DNA of 56,401 nucleotides, from the IMG/VR virus record IMGVR_UViG_3300005512_000043, positions 1-56,401 of that record; one strand, written 5' to 3'. The stretch comes from a virus. The notes below the pieces were generated by a model. The model saw only the letters and a list, made by a program, of their open reading frames with translations, was not told the DNA's origin and searched no databases. Positions 46,983-56,253 of the stretch are shown here, one piece after another; positions within the stretch are counted from its first letter, which is position 1; each line of letters opens with the position of its first letter. A program made the translations under genes and the position numbers.

Positions 46983-47153
46983 CTAGTCCTCGTCTTCTTC
47001 GTCGTCCGGCTCTTCGGCAGTCTCTTCCTCAAGGACTTCCTCAGCTTCGACGACCTCGTAGCCCTTGCTCGTGTACCGCTTGAGGTCCTCCTGGTTGATG
47101 ATGATGCGCCCTTCCGGGCCCTTGACTTCGACTGTTTTCAGAACTTTTGCCAT
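46983..47153 (-). CDS. Small acidic-tailed head-module protein (56 aa)
   Basis: Start moved to the ATG at 47153 (MAKVLKTVEVKGPEGRIIINQEDLKRY...EEPDDEEDED), with GAAGGAAGGA upstream. Confidence 0.5.
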   Translation of the reverse strand: MAKVLKTVEVKGPEGRIIINQEDLKRYTSKGYEVVEAEEVLEEETAEEPDDEEDED

Positions 47154-47266
47154 TTGCTGTCCTTCCTTCGAGTCTAACGTCCCGCCGTTACCCATGCCGA
47201 GGCGACTCAGACCTCGACCCCATCGGACCTCGCATCAGCGCGGCACCGACCAAACCAGAAGGCTCA

Positions 47267-48409
47267 CTACTCAGTGACCGCTCGACAGGCGAGAGCCTCA
47301 TCGAGCGTGATCACTCCGTACAGGATGTCCAGGGCGACGTGCACCTCCGAGGAGTTGCCGACGTAGTAGATGCGCGACCGGATGCTCAGACCCGTGATCG
47401 GGTCGGTCACCGTCACGACCTTCGCGCCGAGCTCGCTGGCCATGTCGGGCAACGGAGCCATGCAGAGCGCGAACGCGTTGCGGTGGAACATCAGGCACGC
47501 GTCGTGGTCCGTCGAGTACACCGTCACAGCCGCTTCCGCGGTCATCTCGGCTGCCGCCGGCGGCGAGAACGCGATCGTGATCTCATTGGAAGCCGCGGTC
47601 GCGAGCGCGGTGACCACGTACTTCTGGGTACTTCCGGCCACCGAGAAGATATCACCGACGGTGAGCGTGCCCGTCAGGGTCGCGTGATCGACGATGACCT
47701 CTTCGCCGCCGGCGTCGACTGTGGTCTTGACCACCGGAGCCACGCACGCAAACGTGCCGGACGTATGGGCGGCGACGTTCTGGTTCGCGAACACCTCGAC
47801 GCCGTACTTCCAGCCGAGCGAGCCGGCTCGCTGCGACTCGGCGCCCGTCGGACCAGCGCCCTGGTACTGCGTGAACGCCGACAGACCGAGGAACCCGGCC
47901 TCGAGCGCGCCGTCGATCATGAAGTGCATGTTTGCCATGTCCTTCACCGGCGCCTTGTTGTCGAACAGAACCTTTCGCGGGTTCGTGATGTCCGTCACCG
48001 CCGTGGTCGTCGCGTTGGTTGTGTACCACGGGATGTCGTCGTACAGAGCTGCGAGCTTGGTATCGACGTCGTCGGCGAGTGCGACAGCCGCGGGCCGAAT
48101 GTGGTCCTCGATGATCTTCTCTGACGTGAACGCCAGCTCCTTGTCCGTGAGCTTGAACTTCACCTCACGCCAGTAGGCCAGCTGAAGCTGGACCGACTCC
48201 GTGGTGATGTCACTCGCGGTGCTCGGAGCGTTGGCCGCCGTGAACGAACTCGGCCGGCGAATGTTGACGTACTCGCCCTTCTCATAGGACCGTCGCTCTT
48301 CCTCGTAGCCGCGATGAACGCGGGAGGCCATGCCCATCGCTGCCTCAAGTTGGATCAGCGCTTCCTGCGCGTAGAATACCGGGTTGTAATACCCGAGTGT
48401 GTTAGACAT
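47267..48409 (-). CDS. Major capsid protein, P22 coat-like (380 aa)
   Basis: It follows the scaffold gene. The N-terminus MSNTLGYYNPVFYAQEALIQLEAAMGMASRVHRGYEEE...GEYVNIRRPSSFT follows the P22-coat family pattern (n.l.f...v.r.y...f...G.tv.IRkP.rft). Confidence 0.75.
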   Translation of the reverse strand: MSNTLGYYNPVFYAQEALIQLEAAMGMASRVHRGYEEERRSYEKGEYVNIRRPSSFTAANAPSTASDITTESVQLQLAYWREVKFKLTDKELAFTSEKIIEDHIRPAAVALADDVDTKLAALYDDIPWYTTNATTTAVTDITNPRKVLFDNKAPVKDMANMHFMIDGALEAGFLGLSAFTQYQGAGPTGAESQRAGSLGWKYGVEVFANQNVAAHTSGTFACVAPVVKTTVDAGGEEVIVDHATLTGTLTVGDIFSVAGSTQKYVVTALATAASNEITIAFSPPAAAEMTAEAAVTVYSTDHDACLMFHRNAFALCMAPLPDMASELGAKVVTVTDPITGLSIRSRIYYVGNSSEVHVALDILYGVITLDEALACRAVTE

Positions 48410-48448
48410 CAGTTACCTCAATCCTGGAGCGTGATACCGCAATGAGTA

Positions 48449-49318
48449 TCAGGCCGGCGTCAAGACCTTAAGACTTGCTCCGGCTTTCGCTGCGGCTTCT
48501 TTCGCCACGCGATACTTCACCGGATCCTTGGCGTCTTCGTACGAGAGCGTGTGCGCACCTCGCTTGCTTGACCCGCCTGAATCGCCCGAGCCCGCGCCGC
48601 TCCCGGCTGCGTTCTCGGCGTCGAAGGCACGCCCAAAAGACTCGTTGTCTCGGAGCGTCTCGACGAATTCTCCGATGGTCATGGGCTCCGTGCCGCTTCC
48701 CGACTTCTGACTCAGACGCGGGGTGCCGGAGTCATCCACGATCTGAACGTGGAACTCGCCGGACGATTCGTCCTGAGCCATCTTCGCGTTACCGCGAACG
48801 ATCGGAAGCAACAGCTCCACTGAGCCCTTAGCCGCAGAGATCGCCTGAACGGCCGCTTGATCGATGAGAGATCGCTGGAGTTGCCCGGTCAACTGCTCGT
48901 TCGACGTCGTGAGCTGACGAACTTGCTCGTCGTGCTTCTTGAGAAGTTGCTTCTCCTGCGCGTCAAACTTGTCCTGCAGTTGCTTCTCCTTGACCACTAG
49001 GCCTTCCTTGATCTTGTCATCGACTGAGGCATCGTCGCCGAGTTGGTCGAGCTTGGCGATAGCATCGCGAGCTGATTCCGCGTCGAGCAACTCACCGTTC
49101 TCGTCACGGAATACCACGAGCTTGGACTTGAGATCCTTGCTCGTCTTGCGCTCGTCCTGCAACGCCTTCTGCAGCCCGCCGACATCGGCCAACTGCAAAC
49201 CCTGCACCGCCTCGACATCCAAGCGATACGACCCGTCGTCCTGTTTGACGTACTCTGCCTTCAGAGTATCGTCGAGGCCCTCAAAGACCTCTTCTGTAAT
49301 TCGTGCCTTCAAACTCAT
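48449..49318 (-). CDS. Scaffolding protein candidate (289 aa)
   Basis: It lies immediately upstream of the capsid gene and has a helical, charged, low-complexity sequence. Start moved to the ATG at 49318, with AGGAGA upstream. Confidence 0.6.
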   Translation of the reverse strand: MSLKARITEEVFEGLDDTLKAEYVKQDDGSYRLDVEAVQGLQLADVGGLQKALQDERKTSKDLKSKLVVFRDENGELLDAESARDAIAKLDQLGDDASVDDKIKEGLVVKEKQLQDKFDAQEKQLLKKHDEQVRQLTTSNEQLTGQLQRSLIDQAAVQAISAAKGSVELLLPIVRGNAKMAQDESSGEFHVQIVDDSGTPRLSQKSGSGTEPMTIGEFVETLRDNESFGRAFDAENAAGSGAGSGDSGGSSKRGAHTLSYEDAKDPVKYRVAKEAAAKAGASLKVLTPA

Positions 49319-49447
49319 CGACTTTTCTCCTGGCAGCATCACGCTGCGTGCACGCCAGTCTCTGACGCTTAAGTCTACGCATCCTGCAACATGAGTAAGT
49401 CACCGTCAATATTGTACCGCGAGATCACTCGCGTGTCCATTGAAAGT

Positions 49448-49669
49448 TCACTCGGCTTCTAACTCCTCGTCGATCTCAGTGATCAGAACCTCCGCGTCGG
49501 CGTAGTCCCAGCCGGCGAGCCATGACGCACTCTTGTCTGCGTCGCGCGGTTCGTCGTTGAGTCTCGCCTCGGCGCCTGCTACATAGTCGGGAGACGCCGT
49601 GTCGACGACGTCCTCCTCGTCTACTTCCTCGAAGACAAGCGGTTCGATGAACCTATCCGGCGCGCTCAT
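49448..49669 (-). CDS. Small strongly acidic protein (73 aa)
   Basis: Start moved to the ATG at 49669, with GGAGG 8 nt upstream. The sequence is rich in Asp/Glu (EEVDEEDVVD...EIDEELEAE). Confidence 0.5.
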   Translation of the reverse strand: MSAPDRFIEPLVFEEVDEEDVVDTASPDYVAGAEARLNDEPRDADKSASWLAGWDYADAEVLITEIDEELEAE

Positions 49670-49856
49670 AGCGAATACCTCCATCGCCCTCTACGGGCTT
49701 GTCGTGCGGATTATCCCCATACGCGATGTCGTTGGGTATGCCGTCCGGAAACGCATCGCAGGTGACGCGCTCGGTATCTTCCCGGTCTTGATCCTGCTTC
49801 ACGCCGCGAAAATGAACACACCGTCGTGCGAAGCACTTGGGTTCTTCTATGCTCAT
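49653..49856 (-). CDS. Hypothetical protein (67 aa)
   Basis: ATGA overlap with the stop of the MuF-like gene. Confidence 0.5.
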   Translation of the reverse strand: MSIEEPKCFARRCVHFRGVKQDQDREDTERVTCDAFPDGIPNDIAYGDNPHDKPVEGDGGIRYERAG

Positions 49857-52800
49857 GACGCGCCTCCGACGTACTTAGCGAGGAGATCTATGACGCTCTT
49901 CGGCAATCGTTTACCGGCGCTCTCATAGAGCGGCGACGACCGAATACTCAGCGCCTCAGCGAAGAGTTCCTTGTGATTCATATTCACCCCATAGTATGAC
50001 ACTTGCTTCGCTCTGAGTGTGGGGCGAAGCGCGTAGAGCGCCTCGTTTAACTCAGCCATATTCGGAGCAACAGAATGCAGTGCATGAGCAAACTCGTGGC
50101 GCGCGATGTCTGGCACGTAGCGATAAGAAGCGTTAAACGATCCTATCGCTGGCGCGTTCGAGCCAGTCGGTCTAGCCGCCGCGATCTTCATCGTTCGCGT
50201 GCTACCACTCCATGTACCGGCTGACATCCCGCCCTTGCTGTTTGCATAAGCCGTCTCGTTACGCATCTCGATCCAGTTAACCGTGCGTCGGCCCCGCTTG
50301 ATGCCAGCCAGCGACGCATCGCGAAGAGTCGGAGCCGTATCGTACACCGCGTCGATAGACTCTTCTACAGCTCGAAGCTTTTCTAGCTTTAACGAATCAG
50401 GCACATCCTCGAACCCAACCCATCGCACCTTGGCCCCGGTCTTCTTTCGGAGCCTGTTCTCGATCGCACGCAGACCACCAGAGGGCACCGACACAGGCGG
50501 CTTCGCTGTCACCTTCGGCACGGGCGGCGCGACCGCCTCGCCCTTAGCCGCGGCGAGCTTTGTCTTGAGATCCATGAGCTCTTTGCGGGCTGCTTTCTTC
50601 GCAGGACCCGCGAGCAGCGACCGATACGCCTTGCGAGCCTCGCGCGTCTGCGCCTGAAGCGCCTTCACGGATGAGCTCACGGTGCTCTTGGTCACCGGTG
50701 GCTTGATCAGCGAGGCGAGATCGTCGGCCGCGGACGGCGGAATGAACTCAACCTGGTAGACCGTCTTCATCACATGCGACGGACCAGAGATGCCGTATCG
50801 CACGTTCTTCTTAACCGCTATGACGCGAAACTGAGCTTTGTCGTGGAAAAGCCACTCAGTTTCCCCGGAATTGAAACCGCGAACGACGCCTCGGTCACCC
50901 TTACGAACGAATATCTCAATACAAGCACGACCGTCTTGGGCGAAATAATTCTGAGGATATGTGCCCACGGACGTGAAACCTCGGACGCGATACGCCTTGC
51001 CTGTCTCCCACCGCGGATCTGTCTTTACGAAGCGATACAAGACGCGATCCTTCGGCACCGGCGGCGTCTCACGCATCGCCGCCTTGATCCACTTCACGTT
51101 TTCTTTCACGGTAGCGGCATTCTGCTTGACGCCAAGAGTCGAACCCGTACGCAGATACTTGTTGATCGCCTTGTACCCCGGTCCCGAGTTGTAGTTGCGA
51201 AATGACCGCTCGACTCTCTCGGCGTCGCCGAGCTTCTTTTTGAGCTTTTCGTAGGCCGGCACGTCTTGCTTATGATACGTCTCTCGCGTCTTTCGCTCAT
51301 CTGCCCACGCCCAGCGACGCTTCGTTGGAAACTTAACGGGCGACCGTCTGGTGATCTTCGTCGGCGCAATCTTGAACTTTGCCTTCGTGACCTGAGTCGA
51401 GGGACGAAGAGGCACGAAGATCTGCACCTTTTGCCCAGGACCGACATACTCCCACGACATCGCGCTGTCGAAGCCCTCAGCGATCAAGGCTTTTCGTACT
51501 TTTGCAATATGAAGTTCGTCCGCGCCCTCGAGTAAGGCCATCCCGTGATCGGTGACCCAGTCGTCTACGTCGTCGGCTGTCACGCCGACTTGTTTCGCTA
51601 TGCGAGCGACATCTTTATCTGTGGCTACTTTGCCGAGCTTAGCGCTGACAGGCTTGATCTTCGCCGGCTCGTCTGAAAATGAACTCCAATGCGCCGCAAG
51701 ATCGTCCTCGCTCGACGCGAGTATATGCACACCTTCAGCATGAGCCTCAAACATCGGCTTCACGTCACCCTTAACCACTCCAACATGCACTTTCTTGACT
51801 GGTGCAGGCCCCGACTTGGCTTCCTCGAGTGCCGCCTTGAGCTCCATGAGCTTCTTGCGAGCAGCTGCTTTCTCAGGGCCCTTGGGAAGAGACTTCCACA
51901 GCTTGCGGGCTTGCTTGGTCGCCTCCTTGAGTTCCTCGAGCGTCTGCGGCACGACCGATGCGAGCTCGCCGAGGCCCGCCTCGAGTCGAATCTGCGCAAG
52001 CGTCAGCGGCTTGTAGTCGCCGCTCACGAACGCGGTGATCGGCAGCTTGTTCTCGAGGAATAACTTCGCTCGTCCGGGCCCGAGCACCTGTCGCACGAAC
52101 GGCGGCTTCTGCTGACGCAGCCATTTGCCGTACGTCAGTCGCGCGGGCACTTGCCCGTTCATGCTCGCCCGCGTAGCCGCGGGTAGTTTATTAGGATCGA
52201 GGCCGAGCTCCTGCCACGACGCGATCACCGGAATCGTAAACGACCGACACTGATGATGCATTGGCGGCCTGGGTCCTTGGTTCGTCTTGAACGTCTTGCC
52301 GTCTAGCGACATGCAGATGTCGGTCGTTCGTGCGTCGAGCGTCGAGACGAATTGCACCTCTTTCACGATGTCAGCGTTGGCTTTGTACGTCTCCTCGGCC
52401 GCGTGATTCACCGTGTGAGACACCGCGGTCCGCACCGTCGCCTCGACGTCGCGTCGCAACTGCGCGATCGGGCCCTTGCGAAAAGCGTTGGCCGCCGAGC
52501 CAATAACTCGACGTCTGATCTTTCCAACGCTCTCACCAGTCGCCATGCCGATGTTGATCTCGCGCTTGACAGCGGCTCTCGCCTTTGCGTTCGCCCCGTC
52601 CCACCACTTCTTGAGCAACTGTCCGCGCATCGGTCGCGAGGTCACGATGCTGTTGAGTAGCCCCGGGGTCGGCGTCACGGTGTCCCACTGGAGCGGCATC
52701 GCCTCTCGCAGCATAGCTGCCGACTTTTCGGCCTGCGTGAGGGCCACTTGCTTCAGCTCGTCCCTGACCTGCGGGTAGACCCGACTCATGCTCGTAGAAA

Positions 52801-53041
52801 TAGTAGTGTCGACCGCCTGCGTCAGCTCCTTCATGCGCGCGGTGACCTTCGGACCTCGATCGAGTGCAAACTCTGAGGCCGCGATGCGCTTGAGACGCTT
52901 GTTGAGCTCCCGCCTGAGATGAGGTCGCACGTCGCGATCGAGCATGCGCACGACCTTCGTCGTTACACCGCTCTTGTATCGCTCCATAGCGACAGCGTGG
53001 GCGATCGCCTTGTCCTGGAGTAATTCATTCGTCGTCGGCAT
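49853..53041 (-). CDS. Polyvalent head protein: MuF/SPP1 gp7 domain + ADP-ribosyltransferase domain + HExxH metallopeptidase-like domain (1062 aa)
   Basis: The MuF motif is STLDARTTDICMSLDGKTF...PPMHHQCRSFTIPV (about 52350-52225). The ART motifs are YKAINKYLR, VLYRF (Arg), GFTSVG (S-T-S like) and GETEWLF (ExE), at about 51210-50800. HEFAHALH lies at 50098-50075. Start moved to the ATG at 53041. Confidence 0.8.
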   Translation of the reverse strand: MPTTNELLQDKAIAHAVAMERYKSGVTTKVVRMLDRDVRPHLRRELNKRLKRIAASEFALDRGPKVTARMKELTQAVDTTISTSMSRVYPQVRDELKQVALTQAEKSAAMLREAMPLQWDTVTPTPGLLNSIVTSRPMRGQLLKKWWDGANAKARAAVKREINIGMATGESVGKIRRRVIGSAANAFRKGPIAQLRRDVEATVRTAVSHTVNHAAEETYKANADIVKEVQFVSTLDARTTDICMSLDGKTFKTNQGPRPPMHHQCRSFTIPVIASWQELGLDPNKLPAATRASMNGQVPARLTYGKWLRQQKPPFVRQVLGPGRAKLFLENKLPITAFVSGDYKPLTLAQIRLEAGLGELASVVPQTLEELKEATKQARKLWKSLPKGPEKAAARKKLMELKAALEEAKSGPAPVKKVHVGVVKGDVKPMFEAHAEGVHILASSEDDLAAHWSSFSDEPAKIKPVSAKLGKVATDKDVARIAKQVGVTADDVDDWVTDHGMALLEGADELHIAKVRKALIAEGFDSAMSWEYVGPGQKVQIFVPLRPSTQVTKAKFKIAPTKITRRSPVKFPTKRRWAWADERKTRETYHKQDVPAYEKLKKKLGDAERVERSFRNYNSGPGYKAINKYLRTGSTLGVKQNAATVKENVKWIKAAMRETPPVPKDRVLYRFVKTDPRWETGKAYRVRGFTSVGTYPQNYFAQDGRACIEIFVRKGDRGVVRGFNSGETEWLFHDKAQFRVIAVKKNVRYGISGPSHVMKTVYQVEFIPPSAADDLASLIKPPVTKSTVSSSVKALQAQTREARKAYRSLLAGPAKKAARKELMDLKTKLAAAKGEAVAPPVPKVTAKPPVSVPSGGLRAIENRLRKKTGAKVRWVGFEDVPDSLKLEKLRAVEESIDAVYDTAPTLRDASLAGIKRGRRTVNWIEMRNETAYANSKGGMSAGTWSGSTRTMKIAAARPTGSNAPAIGSFNASYRYVPDIARHEFAHALHSVAPNMAELNEALYALRPTLRAKQVSYYGVNMNHKELFAEALSIRSSPLYESAGKRLPKSVIDLLAKYVGGAS

Positions 53042-54440
53042 CTGCGTCGTCGTCTTCCTCAGGTGTATAACCCAAGTTTGCCTCTTCGGCCTCGAGGGCC
53101 TCGATCTCAGCATCGACGTCCAGTGTATCTGCGAGCAAGCCGCGGCGCTTGAGTTCATAGAGCAGCTGCCGGCGAGTGATGTCCTTGTTCTTGCGAGCCT
53201 CGAGTAGTTGCTTGACGTCCGTTGCCTCTCGTGCGCTAAGCAAGAAGTCGCTGTACACGTCGAAGCTCACGTCGTCCGACAGCTCGACGTTGAGCCACTT
53301 GCCCGCCACCTCAAACATGCGACGCAGCCCGGTCTCCATCGCTCTGATCCACGCCTGTATCTCCGCGTGTGCCCGCGACTCGCTGATGGCCTGACCAGTT
53401 GCGGTCGGGTTCCCCGAGCGCTTGAGTAAGGGCTGCAGCCCGAGCGTCTCCATCTCTTCGCGGAGCATCGAGAGATCACGCTCGCCGGCCGCGATTGCCG
53501 CGCCTGTGTGCTCCACGTAGTCGAGCGTCGCGTCGGCGTTAGTCGATGAGATCAAGCGATTGGGTCCGATCTCAAAGCCCTTCTCTTGCTCTTCCTCGCT
53601 GATGCCCGAGGCAAACAACAGCGCGAACCTCGAGAAGCGAAGCACGTTACGCTGATCAGAGCCCGACTGATAGTGCTCAAGGTTCTTCCAAGCAAGGTCC
53701 TCTAGCGGCGGATCGGCGACCATGAACCCGGTCTTGTTGAAGTACACGGTCACCAACGGGATTCCGTTGGGATACGTGAACTTTCCCTCGTCTGTCAAAA
53801 CGTACTTCTTCTCTTCCACGTTGAAGGCGTAGAGGCGCCACTTGCCGGGCTCGAGTACCCTGACGTAGCTCACCTTCTTGTCACCGAAGTCACCGTCTGA
53901 CTCAATGCGCGTCTCGGTGATGCGCACTTGCGTGAGCTTGACGTCGCCGAGTGTGTTCTCCTCAGTCTGCCATCCGATGAGATCATCGGGATGAATCTTC
54001 ACGAAGATCGGTCGAAGCCCGAGCTTGCGTTGATCCTCGAGCGTCTGCGCTTGTACCCGCGGGTAATCCACGAGCACGTGACACAGCCCGCGATCGATGG
54101 CCGTATTCATCACGTCGCGAGCAAAATCACCGAGACTCGTCGAGGAACGATCGACGGCATCCACGAGTGGCTGCAGGGCCTCGGGTAACTGACCGTTTAC
54201 CGACAGCGGCTTTGCGAACGGCTTGCCGGCGAGCTTGGTCACAGTGTCGTCGTATGCGTTGAACAGGAACGTTCGGTTGAGACGCACCTCGTACGCCGAT
54301 GTGGACTCCTTGGTCTCCTTGGGGAGATAGGTCTCACCCGCGTCGCGCATCGACTGCGTACCTCCACGGAGCGCCCTCAGGAGCCCCCACTTCGCTTCCA
54401 TCTCCAGGTACGCCGTCCCTTTATCATTTACGTCGGCCAT
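53025..54440 (-). CDS. Portal protein (471 aa)
   Basis: It lies between the large terminase and the MuF-like gene, and its size and acidic C-terminal tail fit. The N-terminus (KWGLLRALRGGTQSMRDAGETYLPKE) resembles DUF4055-type portals. Confidence 0.75.
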   Translation of the reverse strand: MADVNDKGTAYLEMEAKWGLLRALRGGTQSMRDAGETYLPKETKESTSAYEVRLNRTFLFNAYDDTVTKLAGKPFAKPLSVNGQLPEALQPLVDAVDRSSTSLGDFARDVMNTAIDRGLCHVLVDYPRVQAQTLEDQRKLGLRPIFVKIHPDDLIGWQTEENTLGDVKLTQVRITETRIESDGDFGDKKVSYVRVLEPGKWRLYAFNVEEKKYVLTDEGKFTYPNGIPLVTVYFNKTGFMVADPPLEDLAWKNLEHYQSGSDQRNVLRFSRFALLFASGISEEEQEKGFEIGPNRLISSTNADATLDYVEHTGAAIAAGERDLSMLREEMETLGLQPLLKRSGNPTATGQAISESRAHAEIQAWIRAMETGLRRMFEVAGKWLNVELSDDVSFDVYSDFLLSAREATDVKQLLEARKNKDITRRQLLYELKRRGLLADTLDVDAEIEALEAEEANLGYTPEEDDDADADDE

Positions 54441-55820
54441 TTACGCGGCCTCCCTCGACACGATCTTCTGGCCCTTGCCCGACGTGCCGTATCGCTTGTG
54501 CGTGAAGTATCCTACGCCGTCCGTGAGATGCGTGAGCTTCTTGTCATGCTTCTTGTCGATCTCGCCCGAACCGCCCTTGATCAGCATGACGCCCTCGAGA
54601 TCCTTGACGGTCATCGGCGCGTTCACCGGATCGACGAAGAAGCGTCTGACGCCGGTCGAGCTCTTGAGTCTCGAGTTGAGCGAGTTTACCCGAGCGCGCT
54701 CACTGGGATTGCTTCGTGGAACGTTGATGCTAAGACGGTCGCCGAACGCCGGCCTCAGGTGATCGCGGATCAAGTCCCAGTCGCTGCCTCGTACCTTCGC
54801 CGTCCCACGGGCGCCACCGGTCTGATCGCCGTAGCACCTGACCCGACCCTTGTGCTTGCCCCAGTTCTTAAGGACGCGATGACAGATGATCTCGGTGTTC
54901 GAGTTTCGAGGCACATAGACCTCGCCGAACACCCCGTCGCCGAACTCATACGTGTGCCCGGCCGCGCAGACGCCGGGCTCAACGTTGAAGTCGAACATGA
55001 GAAGAAGATCGGCCTCGTCGTCGTACGCCAGGCGACGCTTGTTCTCCTCGGCGAAACAGTAGTACGCGAGCCCCGAGTAAGTAACGAACGACGCGTTGTA
55101 CTCCTGGTCATACGTCAGCTCGTCGAGCGTATCGGCCGCGTCGGCCAGCTCCTCCTCGGCTTGCTCTCGCCCGAGATAGAGATGCAGGATGTCGGCCGTC
55201 GTCCAGTGAAAGAGCGCCCAGTTGTCTCGGCCGCTGACGAGCTGCGCGAGCTCGTAGTAGTGATTGCGACCCTCGGGCGCGCCGATGAAATCCATCCACC
55301 CGTTACGCTCGGAGAGCATCGGGCGAAGGTGCTCCGGCCACGTCTCGGGTCTCATGTTACCGTACTCATCGAGTACGCCGCCGTTGATCGGCTGACCCTC
55401 GATGCGCTCCGGCACGTCGAGGCCGGCGACCATAATCTCGGCGCCGTTGATCAGCCTGATCACCAGCTCCGACTCGCTGGGCTTGCCGTCTAGCATCTCA
55501 GGCGGCGTGAATCGCTTCAGGTCCTTCCAGAAGATTCGCTTCGCCTGCAGATGCGTCGGCGCACCAGCGAGATAGCGAGCGTCGGCATACTGCGTCGGGC
55601 TCATCGCTCGCTCGATGAGACGACGCTTCGCCAACTCGGTCTTCCCAGAGCGCCGACCGGCCGGGACTACGTTAAAGCGAGCGGTGGACTTATAGAACGC
55701 GCGCTGTTTCGGGTGCAGGCACATCGGCGTCCACCGCTCTGGAAGTGGCATCGGCACGAACGACGGCTGGACGGACTCCGGCGACTCGTCGTACAGCGAC
55801 CAGTCATCCATGAGCTCCAC
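54441..55820 (-). CDS. Terminase large subunit (459 aa)
   Basis: The Walker A-like motif is VVPAGRRSGKTELAKR. The Walker B/coupling region is GGVLDEYGNM, and the C-terminal nuclease-like half has conserved Asp residues. The track start is a GTG at 55820; an ATG at 55811 is the alternative. Confidence 0.85.
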   Translation of the reverse strand: MELMDDWSLYDESPESVQPSFVPMPLPERWTPMCLHPKQRAFYKSTARFNVVPAGRRSGKTELAKRRLIERAMSPTQYADARYLAGAPTHLQAKRIFWKDLKRFTPPEMLDGKPSESELVIRLINGAEIMVAGLDVPERIEGQPINGGVLDEYGNMRPETWPEHLRPMLSERNGWMDFIGAPEGRNHYYELAQLVSGRDNWALFHWTTADILHLYLGREQAEEELADAADTLDELTYDQEYNASFVTYSGLAYYCFAEENKRRLAYDDEADLLLMFDFNVEPGVCAAGHTYEFGDGVFGEVYVPRNSNTEIICHRVLKNWGKHKGRVRCYGDQTGGARGTAKVRGSDWDLIRDHLRPAFGDRLSINVPRSNPSERARVNSLNSRLKSSTGVRRFFVDPVNAPMTVKDLEGVMLIKGGSGEIDKKHDKKLTHLTDGVGYFTHKRYGTSGKGQKIVSREAA

Positions 55821-55833
55821 TTGTCGCAGAGCG

Positions 55834-56253
55834 CTAGTCAGCTTCGTCGCTAGCCGAGTCAGTTGATCTCTCCATCTTGTGCATCATATCTCGGATCGCC
55901 CGAGCTCGCTCGATGGTCGAACCGCCCCGATCGCCCCGGTCGAGCCTGAGCATCTCGCGCAGCGCCTTCTGCGCGTCCATCTGCTCCTTGACCGGCACCG
56001 TATCATCGGCGACGATACTCTTGTAGAACGCTACGGCCTTCGCACGCTCCTCGTCTTCCTCGAGGTTCGCGTCTTTCATCAAGACAGCGCGCGCTTTCGT
56101 CAGCAGCGTCTCAACAGTACCGCGAGCGACGCGACGACCCGCGACCTCGTAGATGAGCTTCTTGATCTGGCCCTTCTTCCAGTGGTGCGCAAGGCACGTG
56201 GCAACCAGATCGACTAGCTCATCGCAGACTACTTGTGGTCCGGTGGCTGGCAT
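55834..56253 (-). CDS. Terminase small subunit candidate (139 aa)
   Basis: It is the gene immediately upstream of the large terminase and is small and helical. Start taken at the ATG 56253; the track GTG at 56277 is the alternative. Confidence 0.5.
   Translation of the reverse strand: MPATGPQVVCDELVDLVATCLAHHWKKGQIKKLIYEVAGRRVARGTVETLLTKARAVLMKDANLEEDEERAKAVAFYKSIVADDTVPVKEQMDAQKALREMLRLDRGDRGGSTIERARAIRDMMHKMERSTDSASDEAD

Noticed and set aside
47154-47266. CUGAUGC and hairpins downstream of the capsid gene, considered as a fifth hammerhead or a terminator
   Set aside because: The core is incomplete, with no properly placed GAAA or GUC. The stems are only 5 bp and no U tract follows.
49369-49377. 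TAGACT / TAGACTTAA boxes (also at 14236-14244, 47171-47176 and 33651-33656) as a shared -10 element for late promoters
   Set aside because: No consistent -35 or upstream element exists at a fixed distance, and a hexamer is expected many times by chance in 56 kb. Only the longer 12- and 19-nt blocks were kept as a finding.
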